In this document: positions 8,980 to 18,208 of the stretch, one piece after another
Layout of the letters: every line of letters begins with the position of its first letter
Position numbering within the stretch: the stretch's first letter is position 1
Assembly: GCA_021324615.1 (NCBI GenBank)
Contig: JAJPIT010000017.1
Coordinates: forward strand, 19,021 to 83,020
Direction: 5' to 3'
Length of the DNA stretch: 64,000 nucleotides
Source: Terriglobia bacterium
GTDB taxonomy: Bacteria; Acidobacteriota; Terriglobia; Bryobacterales; Bryobacteraceae
The notes under the pieces: generated by a model
Databases searched by the model: none
Seen by the model: the letters and a program-made list of their open reading frames with translations, nothing else
What the model was told of the DNA's origin: nothing
Translations under genes and position numbers: made by a program

Positions 8980-11900
8980 TCAATCTCCATAGGCCGGCTC
9001 CGCCTCGATCGTCTCCGGATGCCGCTTTCTCCACCACTCGAGCAGCGCCGACATATACGTGTAAACCACCGGAGTCAAATACAACGTCACCATCTGCGAG
9101 ATCAGCAGGCCCCCGCAGACCGCCAGCCCCAGCGGACGCCGCGCTTCCCCTCCCGAGCCGTAGCCCAGCGCCATCGGCACCGCGCCCAGCAGCGCCGCCC
9201 AGGTCGTCATCATGATCGGGCGGAAGCGGATCAGGCAGCCTTCATAAATCGCCTCGGCCGGCGTTTTGTTCCCCTTGCGCTCGGCTTCCAGCGCAAAGTC
9301 AATCTGCATGATCGCGTTCTTCTTCACCAGGCCGACCAGCAGCACCAGCCCGACGAAGGAATAAATGTTCAGATCCACGTGGAAAACGATCAGCGTCGCC
9401 AGCGCGCCCAGGCACGCCGACGGAAGCCCCGAAAGAATCGTGAACGGATGAATGTAGCTTTCATACAGCACGCCAAGCACGATGTACACCACCCCGATGG
9501 CCACAATCAGCAGCACCGTCAGGTTCTTGAGCGAGGCCTGAAACACCTGCGCCGTGCCGGTGAACATCACCTGCATGGTGTCGGGAAGCGTGCGCGCCGC
9601 CACCGCGCTCAGCCGGTCCACCGCTTCGCCCAGCGAAACCCCGTCCTTCAAGTTGAAGGAGATGGTTACCGAGGGCAGCACCGAGGTGTGGTTGATCGTC
9701 TGCGGCATCGCATCGTCCTTGATCTTCACCACTTCCTTCAGCGGAATCAGCGCGCCATTGGAGGCATGGAAATAAATCTTGGACAGGTAATCCGAATAGG
9801 CCTGATATTTCTGCTGGATCTCCATCAGGACCTCGTACTGGTTGGTGGGCGAATAGATGGTCGAGCTCCACTTGGGGCCGTAGCCGGCGTACAGCGCGTT
9901 CTCGATCTGCGTCACGTCCAGGCCCAGCGAGGCCGCCCGGTCCCGGTCCACAATCACGTTCACCCGCGGGCTCTTGATCTGCAAATCGGTGTTCACGTCG
10001 ACCACGTAATCGGTCTCCTTCTGCACCGCCTCCAGCAGCCGGTTTGACTCCCGCGCCAGCGCCTCCGTGTCCGGGCTCAACACCGTCAGCTCATAGGCCG
10101 CCCGCGAGCCGCGCGTGCCGATATTGATCGTCGGCGGAACGCGCATGAACGTCTGGAATCCCGGAAAGCGGCCGATCTTGGGCCGCAGCTCGTCCATCAC
10201 CTGCGCCATGGTCAGGCGGCGCTGGTTGGCCGGCTTGAGGATAATGTTCATGCTGGCTTCGTTGCCGCCGTGCCCGCCGAACCCCCCGCCCACGCTGGAC
10301 ATGAACGTATCGACGTTGGGATCGTTGGCCACAATGTCCGCCACAGCCTGCTGGTACTTCAGCATTTCGTAAAACGAAGTGCCTTGCGCCGCCACCATCT
10401 GCAAATTGATCTGGTCGATGTCCTGATCCGGAATGAATCCCTTGGGAACCTTGGCGAACAGATACAGCGTCGCGCCGATCACCACGAAGAACATCACCGC
10501 CATCACCGGCCGGTATCTCAAAACCCGCTTCAGGCTCCATTCATAAAGCTGGAACTGGCGGTTGAAGAACCACTCGGTGGCCCGGTAAATCACGTTGTGG
10601 CGCTGGTGGGGATCGTGCGCCTTCAGAAAACGGCTGCACAGCATCGGCGTCAAGGTGATCGAAACCAGGCCCGAAATCAGAATCGCCACCGTGATCGTCA
10701 CCGCAAACTCCCGGAACAGGCGCCCCAGAATTCCGCCCATGAACAGAATCGGGATGAACACCGCCGCCAGCGAGACGGTCATGGATACGATGGTGAAGCC
10801 GATCTCTTTGGAACCCTTCAGCGCCGCCTCAAACGGCGGCTCGCCCAGCTCGATGTGCCGCACGATGTTTTCCAGCATCACGATCGCGTCGTCCACGATG
10901 AAGCCGATCGCCAGAATCAGCGCCATCATCGACATGTTGTCCAGGCTGAAATCCAGCGTCGCCATCAGCGCCAGCGTGCCCAGCACCGTGAACGGCAGCG
11001 CCAGCGAGGGAATCGTGGTGGCCGAGACGTTCCTCAGGAAAAAGAAGATCACGCCCACCACCAGCACCAGCGTGATCAGCATGGTGATCTCGATGTCGTC
11101 GAACGCCCGCCGGATGCTCACCGAACGGTCGCCCCGGACCATCAGCGTCAGCGCCGGCGGAAGCTGCTGCCGGAACAGCGGAATCAGCGCCCGCACCCGG
11201 TCGGTCACCTCCACCGTGTTGGTCCCCGGCTGCCGCATCACCATCAGCGTCACCGCGCGGTTGGCGTGCAGCTTGTTCGTCTTCTCGTCGCGCGTGTAAA
11301 CCCAGGCAGCCTGCTTGTCATCCTGCACGCTGTCGATCACGCGGGCCACGTCCTCCAGATGAACCGGGCGCCCGTTCTGATACGCAATGGTCAGCTTGCG
11401 GAACTGCGCCGCGTTGTAAAGCTGGCCGTTGGCGTAGATGTTGTACTCCATCTTGGGCCCGTACAGCGTCCCCAGCGGGCTGTTGACGTTCCACTGATTG
11501 AGCTGGTTGTCGATGTCGTTCAGCCCGATGTGCAGCGCCGCCAGCGCGTCCGGATCCAGTTGCACCCGCACCGCGTATTTCTGCTGCCCCATCACCTGCA
11601 CCTGGGAAACCCCGTTGATCATGGCGATGCGCGGCGCCACCTGCGTCTCGGCGAACTCGTCGATGGTCGACATCGGCAGCGTGTCCGAATACAGGCTCAG
11701 GAAAATGATGGGCTGGTCCGACGGATTCTGCTTGTGGAACGACGGCGGAGCCGGCAGGCCCGCCGGCAGCAGCGGGGTTACCGCCGCGATCGCGCTCTGC
11801 ACATCCGTCGCCGCACCCTCGATGTCCCGGTCCAGGCTGAATTGCAGGCTCACGTTGGTGCTGCCGGTGGAGCTGCGCGAGGTCATCGAATCCAGCCCCG

Positions 11901-12123
11901 CAATTCCGGTAAACTGCCGCTCCAGCACCGACGCCACGGCCGAAGACATGGTGCTCGGATCCGCCCCCGGCAGGCTGGCGTTGACGTTGATCGTCGGGTA
12001 GTCCACCGTCGGCAGATCGCTCACCGGCATCGCCCGGTAGCCGATCACTCCGAACAACGCGATCCCCGCCATCAGCAGGCTGGTGGCAATGGGACGCCGG
12101 ATAAATACTTCGGAGAAATTCAC
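8980..12123 (-). CDS. RND efflux permease (AcrB/MdtB-like, HAE1 family), tandem paralogue of the downstream pump
   Basis: 1047 aa. The N-terminus MNFSEVFIRRPIATSLLMAGIALFG and overall collinearity match 5806-8937. Confidence 0.9.
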   Translation of the reverse strand: MNFSEVFIRRPIATSLLMAGIALFGVIGYRAMPVSDLPTVDYPTINVNASLPGADPSTMSSAVASVLERQFTGIAGLDSMTSRSSTGSTNVSLQFSLDRDIEGAATDVQSAIAAVTPLLPAGLPAPPSFHKQNPSDQPIIFLSLYSDTLPMSTIDEFAETQVAPRIAMINGVSQVQVMGQQKYAVRVQLDPDALAALHIGLNDIDNQLNQWNVNSPLGTLYGPKMEYNIYANGQLYNAAQFRKLTIAYQNGRPVHLEDVARVIDSVQDDKQAAWVYTRDEKTNKLHANRAVTLMVMRQPGTNTVEVTDRVRALIPLFRQQLPPALTLMVRGDRSVSIRRAFDDIEITMLITLVLVVGVIFFFLRNVSATTIPSLALPFTVLGTLALMATLDFSLDNMSMMALILAIGFIVDDAIVMLENIVRHIELGEPPFEAALKGSKEIGFTIVSMTVSLAAVFIPILFMGGILGRLFREFAVTITVAILISGLVSITLTPMLCSRFLKAHDPHQRHNVIYRATEWFFNRQFQLYEWSLKRVLRYRPVMAVMFFVVIGATLYLFAKVPKGFIPDQDIDQINLQMVAAQGTSFYEMLKYQQAVADIVANDPNVDTFMSSVGGGFGGHGGNEASMNIILKPANQRRLTMAQVMDELRPKIGRFPGFQTFMRVPPTINIGTRGSRAAYELTVLSPDTEALARESNRLLEAVQKETDYVVDVNTDLQIKSPRVNVIVDRDRAASLGLDVTQIENALYAGYGPKWSSTIYSPTNQYEVLMEIQQKYQAYSDYLSKIYFHASNGALIPLKEVVKIKDDAMPQTINHTSVLPSVTISFNLKDGVSLGEAVDRLSAVAARTLPDTMQVMFTGTAQVFQASLKNLTVLLIVAIGVVYIVLGVLYESYIHPFTILSGLPSACLGALATLIVFHVDLNIYSFVGLVLLVGLVKKNAIMQIDFALEAERKGNKTPAEAIYEGCLIRFRPIMMTTWAALLGAVPMALGYGSGGEARRPLGLAVCGGLLISQMVTLYLTPVVYTYMSALLEWWRKRHPETIEAEPAYGD

Positions 12124-12142
12124 GGAAACGCCTCTTCAGGCC

Positions 12143-13480
12143 TTAAGTGGACTTGCCCCGGCCCCGGCCGCCGCGCCCTCCGCCCGGCCCGCCCGGCGGG
12201 CTGTCGTCGCCGCTCCCGTTCCGGATCTGCACCCGCGAGCCCGGAGCCAGCCGCAACTGGCCCTCCGTCACCACCGTGTCCCCCTCTTCCAGGCCCTTTT
12301 CAATCACCAGATCCTGATCGACGCGCGGTCCGGTCACCACCGGGCGCGCCTCCACCGTCTTGTCGTCCTTCACCACATAAACGAACGTCCCGTCCTGACC
12401 GCTCTGCACTGCCTGGTTGGGGACCACCAGCGCATGCGGCCGCACCGTCAACTGCAAGGTCACGTTCACATACTGGCCCGGCCACAGCTTGTGATCAGCG
12501 TTGGGAAACGTGCCCTTCAGCTTGATCGTTCCCGTGGTGGGATCCACGCTGTTATCGACAAAGGTCAGCTCGCCGTGCTCCACCGCGTCGCCGTCCTGGG
12601 TCCGCGCCGTCACCGGCAGCTTGCGGACCGCCATGTAGCGCTTGATGTCGGGCAGATTCGCCTCCGGCACGGCGAACGTCACGTAAATCGGCTCCAGTTG
12701 CGTAATCGTATCCAGCACTGTCGAATTCGCCGTCACCACGTTGCCCAGCTTCACCGTCATGTTCCCGGTCTTGCCGTCGATGGGCGAAAGAATGGTGCTG
12801 TAGCTGAGCTGGATCTTGGCGTTCTCAATCGTCGCTTCGTCAGCCTGGGCCTGCGCCTTGGAGCTTTCGATCGCCGCCCGGTCGGCCGCCACCGACTGCG
12901 CGATGGTGTCGGCGTTGGTCAGATACTGGTCGCCCTGCTCCTTGGAAACGATGCCTTCATCAAACAGCTTGGCGTAACGCTGCGCCTCGGCCCGCGCATA
13001 CTTCTCCGACGCCATGTCCCGCGCCAGATTCGCCTGCGCCTGCGCCAGCAAAGCCCGGTCCCGCGCCAGATTGGCGATGTTCTGTTGAAGCTGCGCCTCC
13101 AGCGGCCGCGGATCGATCATGAACAGCTTCTGGCCTTTTTTGACGATGTCGCCTTCGGTGAAAAACACCTGGGTGAGCTGCCCGCTCACCTGCGGCACCA
13201 CGTTGATCGTCGAGTACGCTTCCACGTTCCCCACCACCGAGACGCTGATCGGGACGTCCTTTTCCGTTACCTTGGCCACCACCACCGGCGCCGGGCCGCC
13301 GCCGTCAAAGCTGCGGCGCCCGCCCTTTCCCTTGCTGCTTTTCTTGTCACCGCCGCCGGAAGGATCCGCCGTGTCCGCCGTCGTCGAGCCCACGCAGCCG
13401 TGCAGCAGCAGGACCGCGAGCAAACATACGAAAATGGCCCCGGTTTTCGTACGCGTCGAAGGATGGAAGAGTGCTTTCAC
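12143..13480 (-). CDS. RND efflux periplasmic adaptor (membrane fusion protein, MdtA/AcrA-like), lipoprotein
   Basis: Lipobox LLLHGC. Coiled-coil hairpin (LEAQLQQNIANLARDRALLAQAQANLARD) and a beta-barrel region (LSYSTILSPIDGKTG). It lies immediately upstream of the two RND genes. Confidence 0.88.
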   Translation of the reverse strand: MKALFHPSTRTKTGAIFVCLLAVLLLHGCVGSTTADTADPSGGGDKKSSKGKGGRRSFDGGGPAPVVVAKVTEKDVPISVSVVGNVEAYSTINVVPQVSGQLTQVFFTEGDIVKKGQKLFMIDPRPLEAQLQQNIANLARDRALLAQAQANLARDMASEKYARAEAQRYAKLFDEGIVSKEQGDQYLTNADTIAQSVAADRAAIESSKAQAQADEATIENAKIQLSYSTILSPIDGKTGNMTVKLGNVVTANSTVLDTITQLEPIYVTFAVPEANLPDIKRYMAVRKLPVTARTQDGDAVEHGELTFVDNSVDPTTGTIKLKGTFPNADHKLWPGQYVNVTLQLTVRPHALVVPNQAVQSGQDGTFVYVVKDDKTVEARPVVTGPRVDQDLVIEKGLEEGDTVVTEGQLRLAPGSRVQIRNGSGDDSPPGGPGGGRGGRGRGKST

Positions 13481-13655
13481 AAGATCGTCTTAAGTATACT
13501 TCGGCCGGGAGAAGTTCGCTTATCCCCGCCGTCTCAATTCATTGGGCGTCCGCGGCACAGTCGAGGTTACTGATTCTCCGGGATTTATCGATCAAATTTC
13601 TATGCCTTTCGGCAGGGCGGAAAATCGGCCTTCCGGCGGTGAGGCCTGCCCCGGC

Positions 13656-13949
13656 TCAGGCCTTGTACATGTATTTAATGTTCGATTTGAATACCAGCAA
13701 ATTGGGTTCCCCTTCCCGGTTCACCTTCAGGCAACCCTTGTCGTACCACTCGATTACCCCTTTGAGCGTCTCTCCGTCCTTGAGCACGATGGTCATCGGC
13801 GTTTTCGACTGCATCTGCTTGAGATAATAAAAATTTTCGGCGTTGGTCTGCTCCGGGGGGGTGGATTTTTTCGGGCCGTCCTTGCGGCTCCTCTGATCCT
13901 TGATCTCGTTGAGAGAAGGGCGGATTAACTTACGATTTGCCGGCTCCAC
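13656..13949 (-). CDS. hfq: Hfq-like Sm-fold RNA chaperone with a basic N-terminal extension
   Basis: The core NFYYLKQMQSKTPMTIVLKDGETLKGVIEWYDKGCLKVNREGEPNLLVFKSNIKYMYK is collinear with the Hfq helix plus Sm1/Sm2 strands. AAGGAG (13956-13961) plus 6 nt precedes the GTG at 13949. The longest ORF extends to a TTG at 14021. Confidence 0.65.
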   Translation of the reverse strand: MEPANRKLIRPSLNEIKDQRSRKDGPKKSTPPEQTNAENFYYLKQMQSKTPMTIVLKDGETLKGVIEWYDKGCLKVNREGEPNLLVFKSNIKYMYKA

Positions 13950-14032
13950 TACACGCTCCTTCGCAGGTTTCAAAGGTGGCTGGAAATACCTATCTACGCT
14001 CCTTGATAACACGACGGCCAACGGCAGCGCAA

Positions 14033-15067
14033 TCAGCGGCCCGGCGCCGCCGCCAGCGCATCCAGCGCGACCGACTTCTGAATGTTCCGACGCACCAGCT
14101 CCATCAGCTCATCGATCCGGACCACCGCCGCGCGCAGCCACTCAAAGGACACATGCCGCGCAATCGCCTCCAGCTCGCCCCGTAAATCGTCGTTGCGAAT
14201 CGCCGCCACGCCATGGGCCAGGCGCAAGACGTCCTCCACCAGCAGATACAAAACGTCCAGATACGAATCCAGCTTCTCGGCGCGGCGCATCGCGATCGAT
14301 TCGGAGTGCTTCAGCCAGCTTCCGAACGGCTCCAGCCCGCCCGCCACCTTAAGCAGCGCCAGCATCGCCGCGCGGCGCCACTCATAAGACTCCAGGTCCA
14401 GCGAAACGGCGAAACCCGGTGATCCTGCGGCCAGTTTCCGCCGCTTTTCCGGCTCATTTAGGCCCCGAAATGCGACAAATTCGCGCATTTCCGCATCGGA
14501 AAGCGGCGCAAGACGAAACATCACCGCGCGCGAGCGGATGGTCGGCAGCAAATCGTAGGGATTGCGCGCCGTCAGGATCAAAATCAGGTGCGGCGGAGGC
14601 TCTTCGAGCGTCTTGAGCAGCGAATTCGCCGCCTGCTCATTGGCCCGGTCGATCTGATCGATCAGAAATACCCGCCAGTTGCCCTTCAGCGGCTTGAGCG
14701 GCGCGCGATCCTTTAACAACCGCATCTGCGCAATGGTGATCTGGCGCAGCGGCCCATCCGGAGCGAAGGTCACGAAATCGGGATGGGAGGCGAACATCAG
14801 CGGATCGTCGTTGCGTTTTTCGGCCGGCCACTTCTCGCGCCCGGCGATGAGCTCGATGTTCGATTCCAGGCTTAAATCGTCCTGCTCGATGCGCTGCGCG
14901 TCTCCCAATAACAGCGCCGCGAACCGGCGGGCGAGCGTGGCTTTTCCCACGCCTTCGGGTCCGGCAAAAAGAAGAGTCTGGGGGATCCGGCCGCCGGAGG
15001 CCATCTCTTCCAGCGCCGCGGCAGCCGGGCGATTGCCGAAAAAATTTTCCAAACCACAACTTAGCAC
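14033..15067 (-). CDS. holB: DNA polymerase III subunit delta' (HolB)
   Basis: Walker-A-like GPEGVGKATLARRFA, plus FLIDQIDRANEQAANSLLKTLEEPP and LILTARNPYDLLPTIRSR, all typical of clamp-loader delta'. Confidence 0.85.
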   Translation of the reverse strand: MLSCGLENFFGNRPAAAALEEMASGGRIPQTLLFAGPEGVGKATLARRFAALLLGDAQRIEQDDLSLESNIELIAGREKWPAEKRNDDPLMFASHPDFVTFAPDGPLRQITIAQMRLLKDRAPLKPLKGNWRVFLIDQIDRANEQAANSLLKTLEEPPPHLILILTARNPYDLLPTIRSRAVMFRLAPLSDAEMREFVAFRGLNEPEKRRKLAAGSPGFAVSLDLESYEWRRAAMLALLKVAGGLEPFGSWLKHSESIAMRRAEKLDSYLDVLYLLVEDVLRLAHGVAAIRNDDLRGELEAIARHVSFEWLRAAVVRIDELMELVRRNIQKSVALDALAAAPGR

Positions 15068-15079
15068 GCCCGGCCGGGG

Positions 15080-15502
15080 TCAACCGGTGCAGCTTACCGG
15101 CTCATAAGATAGATCCGCCGGCGCGTTGGCCGCGCACGCGGCCGCCCACCCCTGTTCGAGTGTCCTCAGCAGCCCCTCGACTTCCGCCAGCGGGGCGTCG
15201 ATCTGCCTGGAATTGGCCTCCAGCAGACGATTCTGCATGTAAACGTAGAGATCCCGCAGCGAGCGTCCGATCTCGCCGCCGCGCTCCTCATCGAGGCTCC
15301 GCCGCAGTTCATTGACGATCTCCCAGGCCTTGATCACCTTGCGCGAGCGCTGGCGAATCTCGCCCGCGGCCAGGTGCCGGCGGGCGGCCTCCACCGCTTC
15401 AATCGCCGCGCGATACAAAAGATTCACCAGCTTCATCGGATCCGCCGATAAGACTTCGCTTTCCAGGTACCGAGCGCTATACGTCATTGCCAACCAGCCC
15501 AT
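15080..15502 (-). CDS. fliS: flagellar export chaperone FliS
   Basis: 140 aa. The four-helix-bundle pattern LVNLLYRAAIEAVEAARRHL...IKAWEIVNELRRSLDEERGGEIGRSLRDLYVYMQNRLLEAN matches the FliS family. The start could be the Met at 15487. Confidence 0.8.
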   Translation of the reverse strand: MGWLAMTYSARYLESEVLSADPMKLVNLLYRAAIEAVEAARRHLAAGEIRQRSRKVIKAWEIVNELRRSLDEERGGEIGRSLRDLYVYMQNRLLEANSRQIDAPLAEVEGLLRTLEQGWAAACAANAPADLSYEPVSCTG

Positions 15503-15559
15503 CCTCCGTTGATCTTTTCGGCCGGAGGCGGGAGATCTTTGGCGGAACCGGCGGGCTTT

Positions 15560-16108
15560 CTAAGCCAGATTCAACACCTTGGCCAGGACTTTTTTATCCT
15601 TCTCGATCTTTTTTTGCAGCAGCATGATGCCGTAGATCAACTGCTCCGGACGCGGCGGGCAGCCGGGAACGTAGACGTCCACCGGGATTACCTGATTCAC
15701 CGGCACCAGCGCGTAATTGGAGAAGACGCCGGTCGAGGTGGCGCAGGCGCCCATTGAGATCACCCATTTCGGCTCCGGCATCTGTTCATAAAGCCTGCGA
15801 ATGACGGGCGCCATTTTGTTGGAAACGCGGCCGGCGATGATCATCAGGTCGGATTGCCGCGGCGAGCCTCGCATCACCTCCGCGCCGAAGCGCGAAATGT
15901 CATAGCGGGAGGCGATCATGGACATCATTTCGATGGCGCAGCAGGCCAGGCCGAAGCTCATCGGCCAGATGGAGTTTTTGCGCGCCCAGTTGATCGCCTT
16001 ATCGACCGTGGTGGTGAGGATGGATTCATCATACTCCTCCGGCAGCGGTTCGGCGTCCACGCGGGCAAACAACTCCGGCGGCTGGCTGAGCTGAAATTTG
16101 GGGTCCAC
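15560..16108 (-). CDS. nuoB: NADH-quinone oxidoreductase subunit B homologue (NuoB/Nqo6), not adjacent to any other nuo gene
   Basis: [24 protein letters not shown] and [12 protein letters not shown] provide the four Cys of the N2 Fe-S cluster site. 182 aa. Confidence 0.85.
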   Translation of the reverse strand: MDPKFQLSQPPELFARVDAEPLPEEYDESILTTTVDKAINWARKNSIWPMSFGLACCAIEMMSMIASRYDISRFGAEVMRGSPRQSDLMIIAGRVSNKMAPVIRRLYEQMPEPKWVISMGACATSTGVFSNYALVPVNQVIPVDVYVPGCPPRPEQLIYGIMLLQKKIEKDKKVLAKVLNLA

Positions 16109-16130
16109 GGCTTCATTTTACACTGGTTCC

Positions 16131-18176
16131 TTGGACCGCCGTACTCTGCTCGCCTTTGGGATTGAACCGGAATACACCGATATCTGGGGACGTTCGCATC
16201 ACACCAGCGAAGCCGCCGCGCGGGCGATCCTTCAGTCGCTTGGCGTGGCCGATGCGGACGCGGAGCGCGCCCGTTTCAAGGAATGGTCGAGCCCGCTCGA
16301 CCCGGCGGTGGTGGTGCGCCAGGATGCCGCGTCGCTGGCGCTGCGGATTCCGGCGGAACGCTCCGGGGAATCGATCAAGCTGGAGATCGTCTGGGAGTCC
16401 GGCGAAAAACAGCACCATCCTTACTTTCTGCCCGAACTGGCCACGGCCGGCACGGCGGATGTGACCGATGAACACGGCGCCGGCCGCCGCTTCCTCGCCA
16501 AACGGGTGCCGCTGCCCCGGCTGCGGCTAGGCTATCACGATCTGCGGATCTATTCGGTCAAGCCGCCCGGGCTGGAGGTTCTGGCTCAGGCCCGCCTGAT
16601 CGTCTGCCCGGCCCGCGCGCAGGCGCCGCCCCCGGAGCGGATCGCCGGACTCGCGCTGAGCCTGTACGGCGTGCGCAGCGCGCGCAACTGGGGTTGCGGC
16701 GATTTCACCGATCTGTTCGCGATCATCGACGCCTTCGCGCCGGCCGGCGCCGCCTTCCTCGCGCTGAATCCGCTGCACGCGATCGCCAACCGCCAGCCTT
16801 ACAACACCAGCCCCTATCTGCCGCAGTGCTCGCTGTATCGCAATCTGATCTATCTGGATGTGGAAAGAGCCGGCGGCGCGCCGGCCGACGCCGCCAGGAT
16901 CCAGGCCCTGCGCGCCAGCGAGCTGGTGGAGTACGAAGGCGCGGCGCGGCTGAAGCTGAGCGCTCTGGCCGAAGTTTTTTCAAAGTTCCGCGGCGACGCC
17001 GAATTCGACCGCTATGTGGAGCAGGAAGGCGCGCCTCTGGAAAGTTTCGCCGTCTATTGCGCGCTCGAGGCGGAGATGCGCCGCCGCGATCCCCATCTGT
17101 GGCTGTGGACGGACTGGCCGGAGCCCTACCGCGACCCGGCCTCGCCGGAAGTGGCCCGCTTTTCGCGGGAACATTCCCGCGAAGTCCTGTTTTATAAATT
17201 CATCCAGTGGCAGATCGACCGCCAGCTCGCCGAGGCCCAGGCCTACGCGCGCGAAAAAGGAATGAAGATCGGCCTGTATCACGATCTGGCGCTGGCCACC
17301 GACCGCTTCGGAGCGGATCTGTGGGCTCACCGGGGCTTTTACGCCAATGGCTGCCGGGTCGGCGCTCCTCCCGACGATTTTTCCCCCCTGGGCCAGGACT
17401 GGGCGTTTCCGCCGCCGAACCGCCAGGCGCACCGCCGCGACGGGTACCGGCTGTTTGCGCGGTCCATCCGCAATAACGCGCGGCACGGGGGCGCGCTGCG
17501 CATCGATCACGTGATGCGCTTCTTCCGCCTGTGGTGGATTCCCGACGGGATGGAGGCGGCCGACGGCGCCTACGTCCGCGACTATGCCGAGGACCTGCTC
17601 GGCGTGGTGGCGCTGGAAAGCGCGCGCGGAAATTTTATCGTCGTCGGCGAGGATCTGGGAACGGTCACCGGCGAAGTGCGCCAGGCGCTGGCCGCCGCCG
17701 GCCTGCTCGGCTATCGCGTGTTGTGGTTCGAGCGCAACCCCGACGGATCGTTTCGCAAGCCCGAGGACTATCCCGCGCAGGCCGCCGCCTCCAGCACCAC
17801 GCATGATCTGCCGACCCTCGCCGGATTTTTCGCCGCGCGCGATATCGAGGCGCGCCGCGCCGCGGGACTGATCGACGATCATGAAGCGCAGCGGCAATTC
17901 GATTCCCGCCGCCAGGACATCGCGCAACTGGAGCAGGCGCTGCGCGAGGCCGGATTCGACAACGATCCGATCGGGTTTCTTCTCTCGACTCCCTGCGCGC
18001 TGGCCATCGTCAATCAGGAGGATTTGACCGGCGAAACCGAGCAGCAAAACCTGCCCGGCAGCACCTGGCAGCATCCCAACTGGCGCAGGAAAATGAAGGT
18101 GGCCGTGGAGGATCTGGCTCCGCTGGCCCGCCGTTTCCGGTCGGCTGTGGAGCGCTCGGGCAGATATCCGGGTTGA
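16131..18176 (+). CDS. malQ: 4-alpha-glucanotransferase (amylomaltase MalQ, GH77) with an N-terminal domain
   Basis: GH77 motifs are present: WGCGDFTDL, LRIDHVMRFFRLWWIP, VGEDLGTV and THDLPT. The ORF track starts at TTG 16098, overlapping the nuoB start. I prefer the in-frame TTG at 16131, which lies 6 nt after TACACT. Confidence 0.85.
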   Translation: MDRRTLLAFGIEPEYTDIWGRSHHTSEAAARAILQSLGVADADAERARFKEWSSPLDPAVVVRQDAASLALRIPAERSGESIKLEIVWESGEKQHHPYFLPELATAGTADVTDEHGAGRRFLAKRVPLPRLRLGYHDLRIYSVKPPGLEVLAQARLIVCPARAQAPPPERIAGLALSLYGVRSARNWGCGDFTDLFAIIDAFAPAGAAFLALNPLHAIANRQPYNTSPYLPQCSLYRNLIYLDVERAGGAPADAARIQALRASELVEYEGAARLKLSALAEVFSKFRGDAEFDRYVEQEGAPLESFAVYCALEAEMRRRDPHLWLWTDWPEPYRDPASPEVARFSREHSREVLFYKFIQWQIDRQLAEAQAYAREKGMKIGLYHDLALATDRFGADLWAHRGFYANGCRVGAPPDDFSPLGQDWAFPPPNRQAHRRDGYRLFARSIRNNARHGGALRIDHVMRFFRLWWIPDGMEAADGAYVRDYAEDLLGVVALESARGNFIVVGEDLGTVTGEVRQALAAAGLLGYRVLWFERNPDGSFRKPEDYPAQAAASSTTHDLPTLAGFFAARDIEARRAAGLIDDHEAQRQFDSRRQDIAQLEQALREAGFDNDPIGFLLSTPCALAIVNQEDLTGETEQQNLPGSTWQHPNWRRKMKVAVEDLAPLARRFRSAVERSGRYPG

Positions 18177-18208
18177 GGGAAGGCCGTGCCAAGCCGCCGC
18201 GGGCAGGC

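Noticed and set aside
5926-10047. A 1373-aa plus-strand ORF, with similar giants at 10270-12525, 12083-13573, 37243-39162, 16980-18251, 18606-19874, 49317-50438, 51097-52014, 54541-55605 and 63036-63863.
   Set aside because: They run antisense to genes with unmistakable family motifs (RND pumps, MalQ, UbiD, WecB and others). Their translations are Arg/His/Gln/Pro-rich low-complexity sequence, typical of stop-poor frames in high-GC DNA.
5806-12123. The two adjacent RND pump genes as a recent segmental duplication or repeat.
   Set aside because: The proteins are collinear but clearly diverged along their whole length. This matches the established MdtB/MdtC-type paralogous pair rather than a recent DNA repeat.
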